From the NCBI GenBank assembly GCA_963777955.1, contig CAVZSQ010000013.1, positions 288,001 to 352,000 on the forward strand: a stretch of DNA of 64,000 nucleotides, in the 5' to 3' direction. Under the pieces are notes generated by a model that saw only the letters and a program-made list of their open reading frames with translations, did no database searches and was not told the origin of the DNA. The stretch comes from Calditrichia bacterium (GTDB taxonomy: Bacteria > Calditrichota > Calditrichia > JAJRVZ01). Below are positions 41,557 to 50,974 of the stretch, piece by piece. The position numbers and the translations under genes were made by a program. Within the stretch, counting starts at the first letter, position 1; each line of letters opens with the position of its first letter.

Positions 41557-42786
41557 TGGACATTCTCCTGTTCAGTCATTAACACTGATTCCTTAAGTCT
41601 GGTGCTGAGTAGCAGACTTAGACTCATAAGCACAATTAACACAACTAACGCCGGCGTCATTGAACCTGTCAGTTCAGACTTGAAACTGTCCATTCCAAAA
41701 ATGAAAATGATCCCCGAGATCTGTCCCATCAGCAAAAGCAGTCCGTTGGAGGTACCTTCCGGTGCCGGATAGGCAATTTCGGCACCATACTGGAATCCAA
41801 TTGGACCTGCACTTAATAAGAAGAGTCCCATTATAAAGGCTGATACCAGAAGAAGCCAGTAACTGGTGGCATAGGTGATACCGACCAGACCCAGAATTGC
41901 ACCGGCCAAGTGCCAGGAAGATAAAAGGGGTTCTCTTGCGATAACGGTCAGAGAGTGGTGGGAAGACCACGGCGCCGACAATACCACCCACGATCATCAA
42001 TCCCCCGGTGATACCGGCCTGGATTATCGAAAATCCTCTGGGCCTGACGATGTCTTCGATCCATGTCGTCACGCCGTTGAATATCCCCAGGCCCACGAAG
42101 AAGATAAGCATCAGGAAAATATAGTCTCGCTTGTGCAGCATTTGTTTGAAACCGTCAAGAACCAGGGAACGCTCTTCCTGATCCGGGCGGCAGGGAGGTG
42201 TGGGCGGGCGTTCCTTGGCGAAACTGAAAAAGAGAATTGCGGCAAGTACCGACACAATCCCGTAAATGAAAAGCATACCTGCGATGCCGGATTGAATCGT
42301 AAGGTAAGGTGTCACCACCAGACCTAATAAAATACCCAGGTACATGGCCAGCGTCCCAAGACCAGACGCCGTTGCCCTCTCCCGAATTGGAAACCAGCGC
42401 GCGGCTAAATTGGTAATGGCGTTGAGAATAAACGGCTGTCCGATGGCAATTCCTATTTGAGAAATCAGCACCCAGGTGTAGTCCGTGGCGAACAGTCCAC
42501 GTAGCAGGCCAAAGATGCCGGTCAATACGGCACCTGTGCCCACAGCGAAACGGATTCCATAGGTATCAATAATCCAGGATGCGGGGATGGAAATGACGAC
42601 GTAAACGATCATAAAGATCATAGACAGCAGACCGATACTGAGATCCGAGACCCCATAAAACCTGCCGGCGCTGCCGGTGATCGGGGCAAACGTTATCCAT
42701 AGCAACTGGTTGATGGTAACGACAAACATAAACGCAAACAGCATTATCCAGCGATAACCATAGACTTTGAAGCCAGTTTGTTCCAT
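41553..42786 (-). CDS. MFS transporter (FLVCR/SLC49-like); one frameshift near 41910
   Basis: FKVYGYRWIML, WITFAPI, IDTYGIR, AARWFPIRERATA; C-terminal part AEIAYPAPEGTSNG in ORF 41553..41987. Confidence 0.82.
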
Positions 42787-42894
42787 CTGCTCAATTCTCC
42801 TAATTTACCTATTTCTTATTTATATCTAATGTTCCTTAGCAGTACAACGTTAGATCACGTTCAGGAAAACGCATCGGATAGATATGAAGATGAG

Positions 42895-42967
<73 letters not shown>

Positions 42968-43148
42968 TTGTTCTGATCGGCATGAAAATTACTGAATTTT
43001 ACAACATCAGTGCAACTTTAAATATCTATTTGATTTAAAAATAACCCGAATCTTGAATTTTTTAATAAATATAACAACCATTTTACTTTCTTTACTTTTT
43101 AAATTAAATTTATAATGATAATTATGATTCAGCAATTTTGTAAGGGGC

Positions 43149-43180
43149 TTACTAATTACAATTACTAATTACTAATTATT
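43149..43180. repeat. Short heptamer tandem repeat (ATTACTA)
   Basis: TTACTA ATTACA ATTACTA ATTACTA ATTATT. Confidence 0.55.
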
Positions 43181-43248
43181 TATTATTACCAGAACTATTG
43201 TTTTTGTTAATTCACTTCAACCTTTAACCAAATCAGGGAGGTAGTATT

Positions 43249-43848
43249 ATGTTGAAAAGCAAACTGACCATCGGAGTTTTCCTGCTGCTGCTTTTGCTGG
43301 GTACGGGTTTCGCACAGTCATCGGGTAAGATGGGGATCGGTGTGGCTATCATTGACTTTGAGACACTTTTTCAGATGGCCTTGTCCGAGGGCGCTGGCGG
43401 AACTGCAACCATCACCATTCCCTACATAATGTCACCCACTTTCAGACTCGAGCCCGAGTTTGGATATACCAGCGGAACTCAGAAATTGGATGGTATAGAG
43501 GGATATAACTGGGAAGCAACGACCAGCACCATGAATATTGGTATAGGTATCTTCCCGCAAAAAGTTTATGATACATTTACTCTCTATTATGGAGCCCGGG
43601 TCGGTTATCTGACTCAAAAACAAACCGAGGAAGAAACAGATACCGACGACTATGAAGTCACATCATCCGGTTTTTATATCGCTCCGGCGATCGGCGGAGA
43701 ACACAATTTTACCGAACACTTCAGTATCGGTGCCGAAGCCCAATTCGTCTATGCCTCCATGACCAGTGAAGAGAAAGGTGCGGATTACGAGATAAATTTG
43801 ACTCTGCTTAACACCCGGGCACTGGTATTTTTCAGATTCTATTTTTAA
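43249..43848 (+). CDS. Small outer-membrane beta-barrel protein
   Basis: GGAGG RBS, signal peptide, alternating beta strands (FRLEPEFGY, LYYGARVGY, FSIGAEAQF), ends FRFYF. Confidence 0.85.
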   Translation: MLKSKLTIGVFLLLLLLGTGFAQSSGKMGIGVAIIDFETLFQMALSEGAGGTATITIPYIMSPTFRLEPEFGYTSGTQKLDGIEGYNWEATTSTMNIGIGIFPQKVYDTFTLYYGARVGYLTQKQTEEETDTDDYEVTSSGFYIAPAIGGEHNFTEHFSIGAEAQFVYASMTSEEKGADYEINLTLLNTRALVFFRFYF

Positions 43849-43890
43849 TATTAGCTTGATTTAGTTTTCCAGAAGAATAACTGGATTATA

Positions 43891-43933
43891 AAAATAAGGA
43901 TCTATGTTCAAAACGTAGATCCTTATTTTTTTT
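43891..43933. terminator. Bidirectional intrinsic terminator
   Basis: AAAATAAGGATCTA...TAGATCCTTATTTTTTTT between convergent genes. Confidence 0.8.
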
Positions 43934-44006
43934 GCGTACTATGTTGTGATTAATTTTAGTTCAGTTCGCCGGTTAAATAATGATTTAATTCCCGCGTAAC
44001 AAATTT

Positions 44007-45417
44007 TCAAGGACCCAGATAAATCTCATCGGCCTGGGGATCGATCTTGAATTTTCGCTGCTTTAACTCTTCGGCATCCAGAGCAAACAACGGCGAAATC
44101 TCAATATTCTTTGTCTCTTTGTCTCTTTGTATCTTATAGCCCGCTTGTTCTAACCAATTGGCATACAACCCGACCAGACTCTGCCGGATTGTAACCGGTG
44201 ACTCTTCACCTTTTTCATTTTTTAAGGGACTGAATTCCTGCTGCCGCTGCACTTCCAGCGAAACAACTTTATTCAGCATCCAGCAGGGCATCAAAGATAA
44301 AGGTCTCAAATTTAACACCATTCTTTTCCCGGGGTTCAATTAACACCCCCTGTTCATCCAGATAGGGAATACTTTTCAAGGCAATATGATACGGTAATTT
44401 AAAACCACCTTTGTTCTCCCGTTCTACGAAATCGACACTGAGCATATGAATACCAATACTGCCGGCCCAGTATTTGAGACTGCCATCGGGTTCAAGAGCA
44501 TACATGTCTTCCTGATTCAAATCACTGTACTCCACCACACCTAAGCGGCCATCTATATAGCATACAACGCCGACCCTTTCTTCCGGACTGGATTTCCGCA
44601 CCACCTTGCAGGACATATCAGCCCGCTGCTGAACATGATAGCCGATGTAAACCGGATCGCAGATCTGCAGCAGGACATTATCAACCTGAAAATAGAAAAT
44701 ATGCTGAATCCCCCTTTTCCTCATATCGGCCAGGGCTCCACTCTGCCAGACTGCTTTTAACGATCCGCCATGGCCATTGGGATTCATAAAAATGTGATCC
44801 GGGGCATCCAGGATAAGTTTACCCTGACGATCAATAGCCGGAATCATATCCTGACTGAAAAAACAGATATCTTCAGAGCGGTAACCGAGGAACTCATTAT
44901 CCTGAAAATATTTTACAGTCTGATCATGATTGGTCTGGCTGGTCATAATATACCAGGGGATATTAACCTTATATTTTCTGTTCAGAGCCAGCAGTTTTTC
45001 GGCATGCAACTGGAACAGGCTTTTTTTCTTAACCGGCGTTACTGGAAATGTACCTTTGGGCTGGGCAAAACCCAGACGCGTACCCTGTCCGCCGGCTACC
45101 ACCAGGGCTGCTACCTTGCCCTGGCGCAGGATTGTTTCACCCAGACGACGAGCTGCTGCATCCCCTTTGTTCCGGTCGGCCAGAGTAATCACTGCAGCCG
45201 GTGTCAGGTTTTGTTTACCATGGGTATATTTTTCTGAATTTTGTCCGATTTCAATAAATTGCTCCAGTAAACCAGGATCAACCTCGCTTAGCTGTTTCAG
45301 CAAATTTTGCCGTCGGGTTTCATCCAGTTTTTCCCAGAATCTGAAAATGTGTCCCTGGCCGCTGGTAACAAGCCGGTCTATTTTAATCTGCAGAAGTTCA
45401 TCGTCGATCTTAATCAT
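44007..45417 (-). CDS. UDPGP-family nucleotidyltransferase (UDP-N-acetylhexosamine pyrophosphorylase-like); frameshift near 44270
   Basis: AGGQGTRLG..PKG, PWYIMTS, PNGHGG, QVDN, VVEYSDL, KFETFIFDAL; tail EFSPLKN..IEISPLFA in 44007..44339. Confidence 0.88.
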
Positions 45418-45439
45418 GATGAGTAATGATTCCTGTAAA

Positions 45440-45559
45440 TAAGGCCAAAGGTTAAAGGAAAAAGGGAAAAGGAAATCCTTTCACCATTAGCCTTTATCCT
45501 TTGACCTTTTCCCATATCCCTTGTTTTCTCAGTGCCTCAGTGCCTCAGTGCCTTAGTGC
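45440..45559. repeat. Heptamer/octamer microsatellite array with inverted arms
   Basis: (AAAGGNN)x4-5, then (CCTTTNN-like)x7, then (CTCAGTGC)x3 plus CTTAGTGC. Confidence 0.75.
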
Positions 45560-45560
45560 C

Positions 45561-47711
45561 TTATTTCGTTCTCATCGTAAACACCCCATCCCAATCAGAT
45601 ATCGGCGGTTCAGCCGCATAAGCTTCACATCTTCTGATGTATTGTTTGGCCGGGCCATCCAGCGGTTCCAGACGTAAGACATCACGGAAATATTTAATGG
45701 CCATTTCCCAATTTTGGGACAGGTAATTCTCGAAGCCCAATTTAAACAAGCCGATCACCTGTTTGGTTTTATCAGAGATCCCTTTTTCGACTAAGCCCAT
45801 CAGTTCATAAACCCGCACCGGTTCAGTTTTGCCGATTACTCTGATCAAATCCAGTTCGCGGGCGACAATCAGATCCTTGGCCAGCAGATAAGTGTTTTCT
45901 CCGATCATGATCTTGGTGCCATACTGTTTATTGGCCGGCTCCAGCCGCGCGCCCAGATTCACCGAGTCCCCCATTACGGTATAATCAAAACGGACCTCTG
46001 CACCCATGTTACCGACCACCATGGGACCACTGTTGATTCCGCAGCGGGCGTGTAACTGCGGCCGCCCCTGTTTAGCCCATAATTCCCGCAATTTAAACAA
46101 CTGCTCCTGCATCTCCAGTGCCGTGGCACAGGCATTGAAGGCATGATTACCATGCGGCAGAGGTGCTCCAAATACAGCCATGATGGCATCACCCTCATAT
46201 TTATCCAGCATGCCGTTATATTTAAAGACGATATTGGTCATTTCGGTCAGGTATTCATTAAGCAGGCGCACCAGAGCTTCCGGCGTGAGTTGTTCCGCAA
46301 TCGTAGTGAATCCGACCACATCGCTGAAAAACACGGTGCATTCTTTTCGCTCACCACCCAACTTGATTTTTTCCGGATTAGCCAGTAATTCGTCTACCAC
46401 AGATTTGGTGACAAAGTGGGAGAATGTTTCCTTTATGAATTTCTTACCCCGTTCTTCAGTGATATAACGATAGATATAAACAGCACTGAAAGTTAATAAC
46501 AGGGTCAGGATGGGATTTACAACAGGCAGCCAGGTCAGGTTTTCATTAAATATATAATAAGCGAAAAACGTGTAGATCACACCCAGGGCAACGATAAGTG
46601 CAATACTCCATAACGGCGACAGGAAGACAGCGATGATGCCGATCAGCATACCTATCCCGGCGATTAGTATAAACGATTCCAGTGCGGAGAGCTGGCTGAC
46701 GAATTTTCCGGTCAAAAGGGTATTCAGAATATTAGCATTGACCTCCACTCCCGGAAAGGCGGGATTAAACGGTGCATTGCGCAAATCGAACAAACCCGGC
46801 AGAGAAGTTCCGATTAAAACGATCCTGTTCTGAAAATATTCTTTGGGCAGCCGGTGTTCCAGAACATCATAGAAAGGAATGTAACGGAATGTTTTAAACT
46901 GGCCGGAATAGGTGATCAGCATATTGCCCTGCTGATCGATAGGAACTTTTTTCAGTAAAGATCCGCCTGAATATAATCTCATCCACTTGCCCAATTCCAT
47001 TTTAATTGAGTCAATTCCCATAATATCCAGGTATATTTTAAAAGGCAGGGCAGGATAAGAATGGTAGTTAAAATTACGGAACAGATTAATTTTGCGAACC
47101 ACCCCGTCAACATCCCCCTGGATGTTGACATGACCCACCGCATGGCTGGCATTCAGCAGCTCGACAAATTCATTACCGATGCGGGCTTCCTGGCGGAATG
47201 CTTCGCTGATTGCTTCCGGAAAAATGTATGAAAATCTGGACCATTCGAAACCAGGCGGTTCCAGGGCCATACGGTAGCGCCAGCTGAGCGAGTCTTCATC
47301 TTCAAAATAGATCGAATTAAAAACATTCCCGGCCCTGCGTACAGCATCAACAAATTGCTGATTGGACTCAGGTTCACGAATGTCCTTATCGAAAATAATA
47401 TCCAGGCCTATGGCTGCCGTTCCGCCGGAATCCAAAAAATTAATAACCCGGGGATAATAGGATAGAGGCCATTGCTGGAATTTGCCAAGTTCAGAGATAC
47501 TGCGGCCATCAATATCGATGATGACAATATCTTCGATACTCTGAGATCGTACATCGGAAATACTCGAGGTAACCCGGCTATCATATGTTCTGGCTTCGAA
47601 AGAATAAAATAATCCCGGAAAAATGATATTGGCCAGCAGCCAGACCAATACAGCTGCGCTGAAACCCAGGACAGCTCCAGCTCCGATTTTACTCAATAAT
47701 TTACCTTTCAT
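45561..47711 (-). CDS. CHASE2-domain class III adenylate cyclase with C-terminal TPR-like region
   Basis: IVIIDID..WP, DVDGVVR, PGVEVNA (CHASE2); FFSDVVGFT, DKYEGDAIMA, YTVMGDSVNLGARLE; WDGVF. Confidence 0.92.
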   Translation of the reverse strand: MKGKLLSKIGAGAVLGFSAAVLVWLLANIIFPGLFYSFEARTYDSRVTSSISDVRSQSIEDIVIIDIDGRSISELGKFQQWPLSYYPRVINFLDSGGTAAIGLDIIFDKDIREPESNQQFVDAVRRAGNVFNSIYFEDEDSLSWRYRMALEPPGFEWSRFSYIFPEAISEAFRQEARIGNEFVELLNASHAVGHVNIQGDVDGVVRKINLFRNFNYHSYPALPFKIYLDIMGIDSIKMELGKWMRLYSGGSLLKKVPIDQQGNMLITYSGQFKTFRYIPFYDVLEHRLPKEYFQNRIVLIGTSLPGLFDLRNAPFNPAFPGVEVNANILNTLLTGKFVSQLSALESFILIAGIGMLIGIIAVFLSPLWSIALIVALGVIYTFFAYYIFNENLTWLPVVNPILTLLLTFSAVYIYRYITEERGKKFIKETFSHFVTKSVVDELLANPEKIKLGGERKECTVFFSDVVGFTTIAEQLTPEALVRLLNEYLTEMTNIVFKYNGMLDKYEGDAIMAVFGAPLPHGNHAFNACATALEMQEQLFKLRELWAKQGRPQLHARCGINSGPMVVGNMGAEVRFDYTVMGDSVNLGARLEPANKQYGTKIMIGENTYLLAKDLIVARELDLIRVIGKTEPVRVYELMGLVEKGISDKTKQVIGLFKLGFENYLSQNWEMAIKYFRDVLRLEPLDGPAKQYIRRCEAYAAEPPISDWDGVFTMRTK

Positions 47712-47729
47712 ATATCCTCCCAGTATAGA

Positions 47730-48878
47730 TTATTTTCTGATATATTTTTGGCAGAGGTTCACAATATGTTCCATTTCATTTTCAGTATTGTAAAAATGGG
47801 GCGAAAAGCGCAAGGCTTGATTGCGCAACGACAGATGAACTTGCTGGCTGGTCAGAAATTTAAACAATCCTTCAGTATTTACGGCTCCCGCGCTTCTGAA
47901 CGAATAGATCCCGGACCTTTCTGCAGGTATACTACTGCCAATATAAATCAAACCCAATTCGTTTAGCGATCCGATCAATTTATCTCCCAGCCGTAACAGG
48001 TGACTCTGGATTCTATGAGGATCAGTCTCGACCAGAATCCCGGTGGCGATGACGGCACCGACAATCCCTATAAAGTTAGGGGTGCCAATTTCATAACGCT
48101 GCGCATCATCCAGGAAATCCAGTTTGTAATTTAAAAAGTCCCAACTGTTTTTTACACTCAACCAGCCGGCAAATACGGGCTGTAAACGGGCATGAAGTGC
48201 AGGAGCGATATACATAAATCCGCAACCCTGCGGGGACATCAACCACTTATGTCCCCCGGCACATACGAAATCTATCCGGGCTTGCTGTACATCCAGAGGA
48301 ACGGCGCCGATGCCCTGAATACCGTCCACGGAAAAAACCAGGTTATGTTTTTTGCAGATATTACCGATCGTATACAGATCGTTGCGAAAACCTGTTAAGA
48401 ATTCGACAAAACTGATTGAAAGCAATTTCGTCCTGGGCGTAATTAATCGTTCTATGTCCGCAGGGTAGATCTTACCATCACGAACCGGGACAAAATCCAA
48501 TACTACTCCCAACCGTTGCAGGTTCATGAATGGATAAATATTGGCCGGGAATTCATCCTGTACCAGCAGGACGTGATCCCCTTTTTGCCATTTTAAACTG
48601 CCCGCCAGCCAGTTAAGACCTTCAGAGGTATTGGTAATAACGGCGATATAATCAGGATCGGCATGAATAAGTTCAGCCAGATTACTTTTTAATTTTGCCC
48701 GCTGTTCCAGAAATAATGAGAACAGGTCTATTTTCCCGATACTTAAATGCTGCAGCAGATCGGTGATGGCAGCGATCACGCTGGTCGATAGTGGCGATAC
48801 GGCTGCATGGTTGACATATACGCTGTCCTGCGTGATAGGAAAGATCTTTCTGTACTTTTCGAACATATCAGTTTGCAT
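47730..48878 (-). CDS. Class V PLP-dependent aminotransferase
   Basis: YVNHAAVSP, NTSEG, VDGIQGIG, GGHKWL, LRFSPHFYN. Confidence 0.88.
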   Translation of the reverse strand: MQTDMFEKYRKIFPITQDSVYVNHAAVSPLSTSVIAAITDLLQHLSIGKIDLFSLFLEQRAKLKSNLAELIHADPDYIAVITNTSEGLNWLAGSLKWQKGDHVLLVQDEFPANIYPFMNLQRLGVVLDFVPVRDGKIYPADIERLITPRTKLLSISFVEFLTGFRNDLYTIGNICKKHNLVFSVDGIQGIGAVPLDVQQARIDFVCAGGHKWLMSPQGCGFMYIAPALHARLQPVFAGWLSVKNSWDFLNYKLDFLDDAQRYEIGTPNFIGIVGAVIATGILVETDPHRIQSHLLRLGDKLIGSLNELGLIYIGSSIPAERSGIYSFRSAGAVNTEGLFKFLTSQQVHLSLRNQALRFSPHFYNTENEMEHIVNLCQKYIRK

Positions 48879-49001
48879 TATGTGCAGTCGTAAATACCAT
48901 TTCCAGTATGATCTAGAAACTATTTTTTATAAATAATAAATGTGAGTCAACCTGAACCATAGTATAGTAAAGAAGGTAGCAAATATTTTCATAAAATACA
49001 A

Positions 49002-49373
49002 TCAACTCTGCTGCCAGAACGCTCCCTGGTAGTGTCTGATACCTGCCGGAAAACAGGTGAAGTCGATTACCATAACATCAAAACGGAGATTTTTCCCGCT
49101 CATTGCCGGAAAATAATCTAAAAATCTGTACGCAGCTCTGATCAGCATTATTTTTTTTCTGCCGGTAATGTGCTCTTCCCCCTGCCCAAAACGGTTCGTC
49201 CGGATACTTTTCACCTCAATTAAAATGAGCTCATCATGATCCATAGCAATGATATCGATCTCGGCTCTGCCAAGTCTGTAATTCCGTTTTAAGATCTTAT
49301 ACCCTTTTTGCCGCAGGTATTGCACCGCCAGATCTTCTCCGCTTTGTCCAAGACTCTGTCGATAAGTTTTCAT
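49002..49373 (-). CDS. yraN: YraN family (UPF0102) putative endonuclease
   Basis: LGQSGEDLA..YL..KGY.IL.RNYR..EIDIIA..EVK..RFDV. Confidence 0.88.
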   Translation of the reverse strand: MKTYRQSLGQSGEDLAVQYLRQKGYKILKRNYRLGRAEIDIIAMDHDELILIEVKSIRTNRFGQGEEHITGRKKIMLIRAAYRFLDYFPAMSGKNLRFDVMVIDFTCFPAGIRHYQGAFWQQS

Positions 49374-49443
49374 GACGATAAAATGATTAATAATTTATAT
49401 GCTCAGGCACCAAATCGAATGTGCAAATCGTATACCAATAAAG

Positions 49444-49476
49444 CCACCCTTAAGGTGCAAAGCACCTTAAGGGTGG
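49444..49476. repeat. REP-like perfect hairpin
   Basis: CCACCCTTAAGGTGC-AAA-GCACCTTAAGGGTGG, 15-bp stem, related to the hairpin at 26475. Confidence 0.78.
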
Positions 49477-49681
49477 TTCTTGAGCATCCGCACACATTTG
49501 TGCGAATCTTTTATAGTATGAACAATGCAGAATTAGCTGCACATTAAAAATAATACCGGGTTCGGATTTCACCTGAGTATGTAGCGCAACCCCGGAAAAT
49601 TTTCCTAATTAATTGGAAAACCTGTAAATACATTAAATCTGATTCCATAAACTCTGACCGTTTTCTCCTCCTCATTTTTTC

Positions 49682-49696
49682 TGGCATGAAAATAGT
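49682..49696 (+). promoter_or_regulatory. Candidate sigma54 promoter
   Basis: TGGCAT-GAAAA-TAGT about 30 nt before ATG 49726. Confidence 0.45.
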
Positions 49697-49725
49697 ATGA
49701 TGAAGAAAAAAATACAGGAGGTAGT

Positions 49726-50961
49726 ATGAAAAATCTATTGTTATTACTTGTCGTGGTTTTGTTGGTCGTAGAGGTTCAGGGACAAAATGTTTTTATTAAT
49801 GAAATTCAAAGTAATGATGAGGGTACTGATGACGCGGAGTTTATTGAACTGATCGGGCCAAGCGGAACTGATCTTTCAGGCTGGGCTGTAACTCATTTCA
49901 ACGGCAGCGGTGCTACACCGGTATTTACATTTACTTTTCCTGATTGCACTAAAATTCCTGATGACGGCGTGAGGGATAAGAGCGGACAGCTGATCGGATT
50001 TATGGTTGTAAAACATAACGGGCATCTGGTTGCTAACGCTGATTTTGAATGGGGCACCCAGACTTTGCAGAATGGTCCGGATGGTCTGGAATTGCTGGAC
50101 AGTGAGGGTATACGACGCCAGGCCCTGTCCTGGAATGGTCTGGGTGACCTGACCGGTGGTGGAACACCTGCCTGGAGAAATATCGGAACAGATAATAATG
50201 ATGATCTCAGTTTATGCGCACCGGATGAGGTCGGGGAATCATTCCAGAGTAGTTGGACCAACGTGGATGCCACACCGGGTATGATCAATGGCAATCAGTT
50301 AGCGGGGGATATCAGTTTACCGGTTCTGCTTCTGTACTTCATCGCCAGGGGCGGGGATACCAGTGTTCATTTGCGCTGGGCTACCGGCGCTGAATTAAAT
50401 AACCTTGGCTTCATCATTGATCGGGCCCTGGAAAAAGATGGACCATACACGCAACTGGCCAGTTATGAGACTGCCTCCGAATTAAAGGGTGCCGGTAATT
50501 CATCATCACCCAGAAATTACAATTATTATGATTTGACTGTTTTCAACGGAGTGACTTATTACTACAAATTAAGTGATGTGGATATTAACGGAGTCCGGCA
50601 TGAACATGGCCCGGTTGAGGCCACGCCGGCGGCTGCAGTGACCGGACCGGAGATTGAAAAACCCGGCCCGCAAGAACCTGTATATTTCTTAAGACAGAAT
50701 TATCCCAATCCATTTAATCCACATACCTGTATTGAACTGGAACTTTCAAACAGCAGCGAGGACCCTGTCAATCTGACTGTCTATAATCTGGCCGGGCAAA
50801 AAGTCGCAGCTTTATATCAGGGCAAACTAGCCGGTACCTGTTTGCGGGTTGAATGGGATGGACAAAATGATTATGGCCAGCCGGTAGCCGGCGGAGTGTA
50901 TTTTTACGTTCTGAGAGCTCCCACATTTTATGCGGTGAATAAAATGATACTGCTGCGTTAG
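49726..50961 (+). CDS. Secreted lamin-tail-domain protein with FN3-like region and T9SS type A sorting domain
   Basis: VFINEIQ..EFIEL, LQNGPDG, ATPG..N, SLPVLL..F, W.T..E.NN.GF, LRQNYPNPFNP..GVYFY..KMILLR. Confidence 0.85.
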   Translation: MKNLLLLLVVVLLVVEVQGQNVFINEIQSNDEGTDDAEFIELIGPSGTDLSGWAVTHFNGSGATPVFTFTFPDCTKIPDDGVRDKSGQLIGFMVVKHNGHLVANADFEWGTQTLQNGPDGLELLDSEGIRRQALSWNGLGDLTGGGTPAWRNIGTDNNDDLSLCAPDEVGESFQSSWTNVDATPGMINGNQLAGDISLPVLLLYFIARGGDTSVHLRWATGAELNNLGFIIDRALEKDGPYTQLASYETASELKGAGNSSSPRNYNYYDLTVFNGVTYYYKLSDVDINGVRHEHGPVEATPAAAVTGPEIEKPGPQEPVYFLRQNYPNPFNPHTCIELELSNSSEDPVNLTVYNLAGQKVAALYQGKLAGTCLRVEWDGQNDYGQPVAGGVYFYVLRAPTFYAVNKMILLR

Positions 50962-50974
50962 TCTTAGCTGCAGG

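Noticed and set aside
45440..45559. CRISPR array
   Set aside because: The units are 7-8 bp with no unique spacers, and there are no cas genes.
47730..48878. Selenocysteine lyase or cysteine desulfurase linked to the selenoprotein
   Set aside because: It lacks the catalytic Cys loop (RxGxHC or SSGSAC) and is 15 kb away.
49308..49547. 79-aa plus-strand ORF across the yraN upstream region
   Set aside because: TTG start, overlaps yraN antisense, runs through a REP-like hairpin and has no recognisable motifs.
49556..49595. Imperfect stem CCGGGTT...AACCCCGG as a possible ncRNA or riboswitch
   Set aside because: I recognised no family motif and have no covariation evidence.
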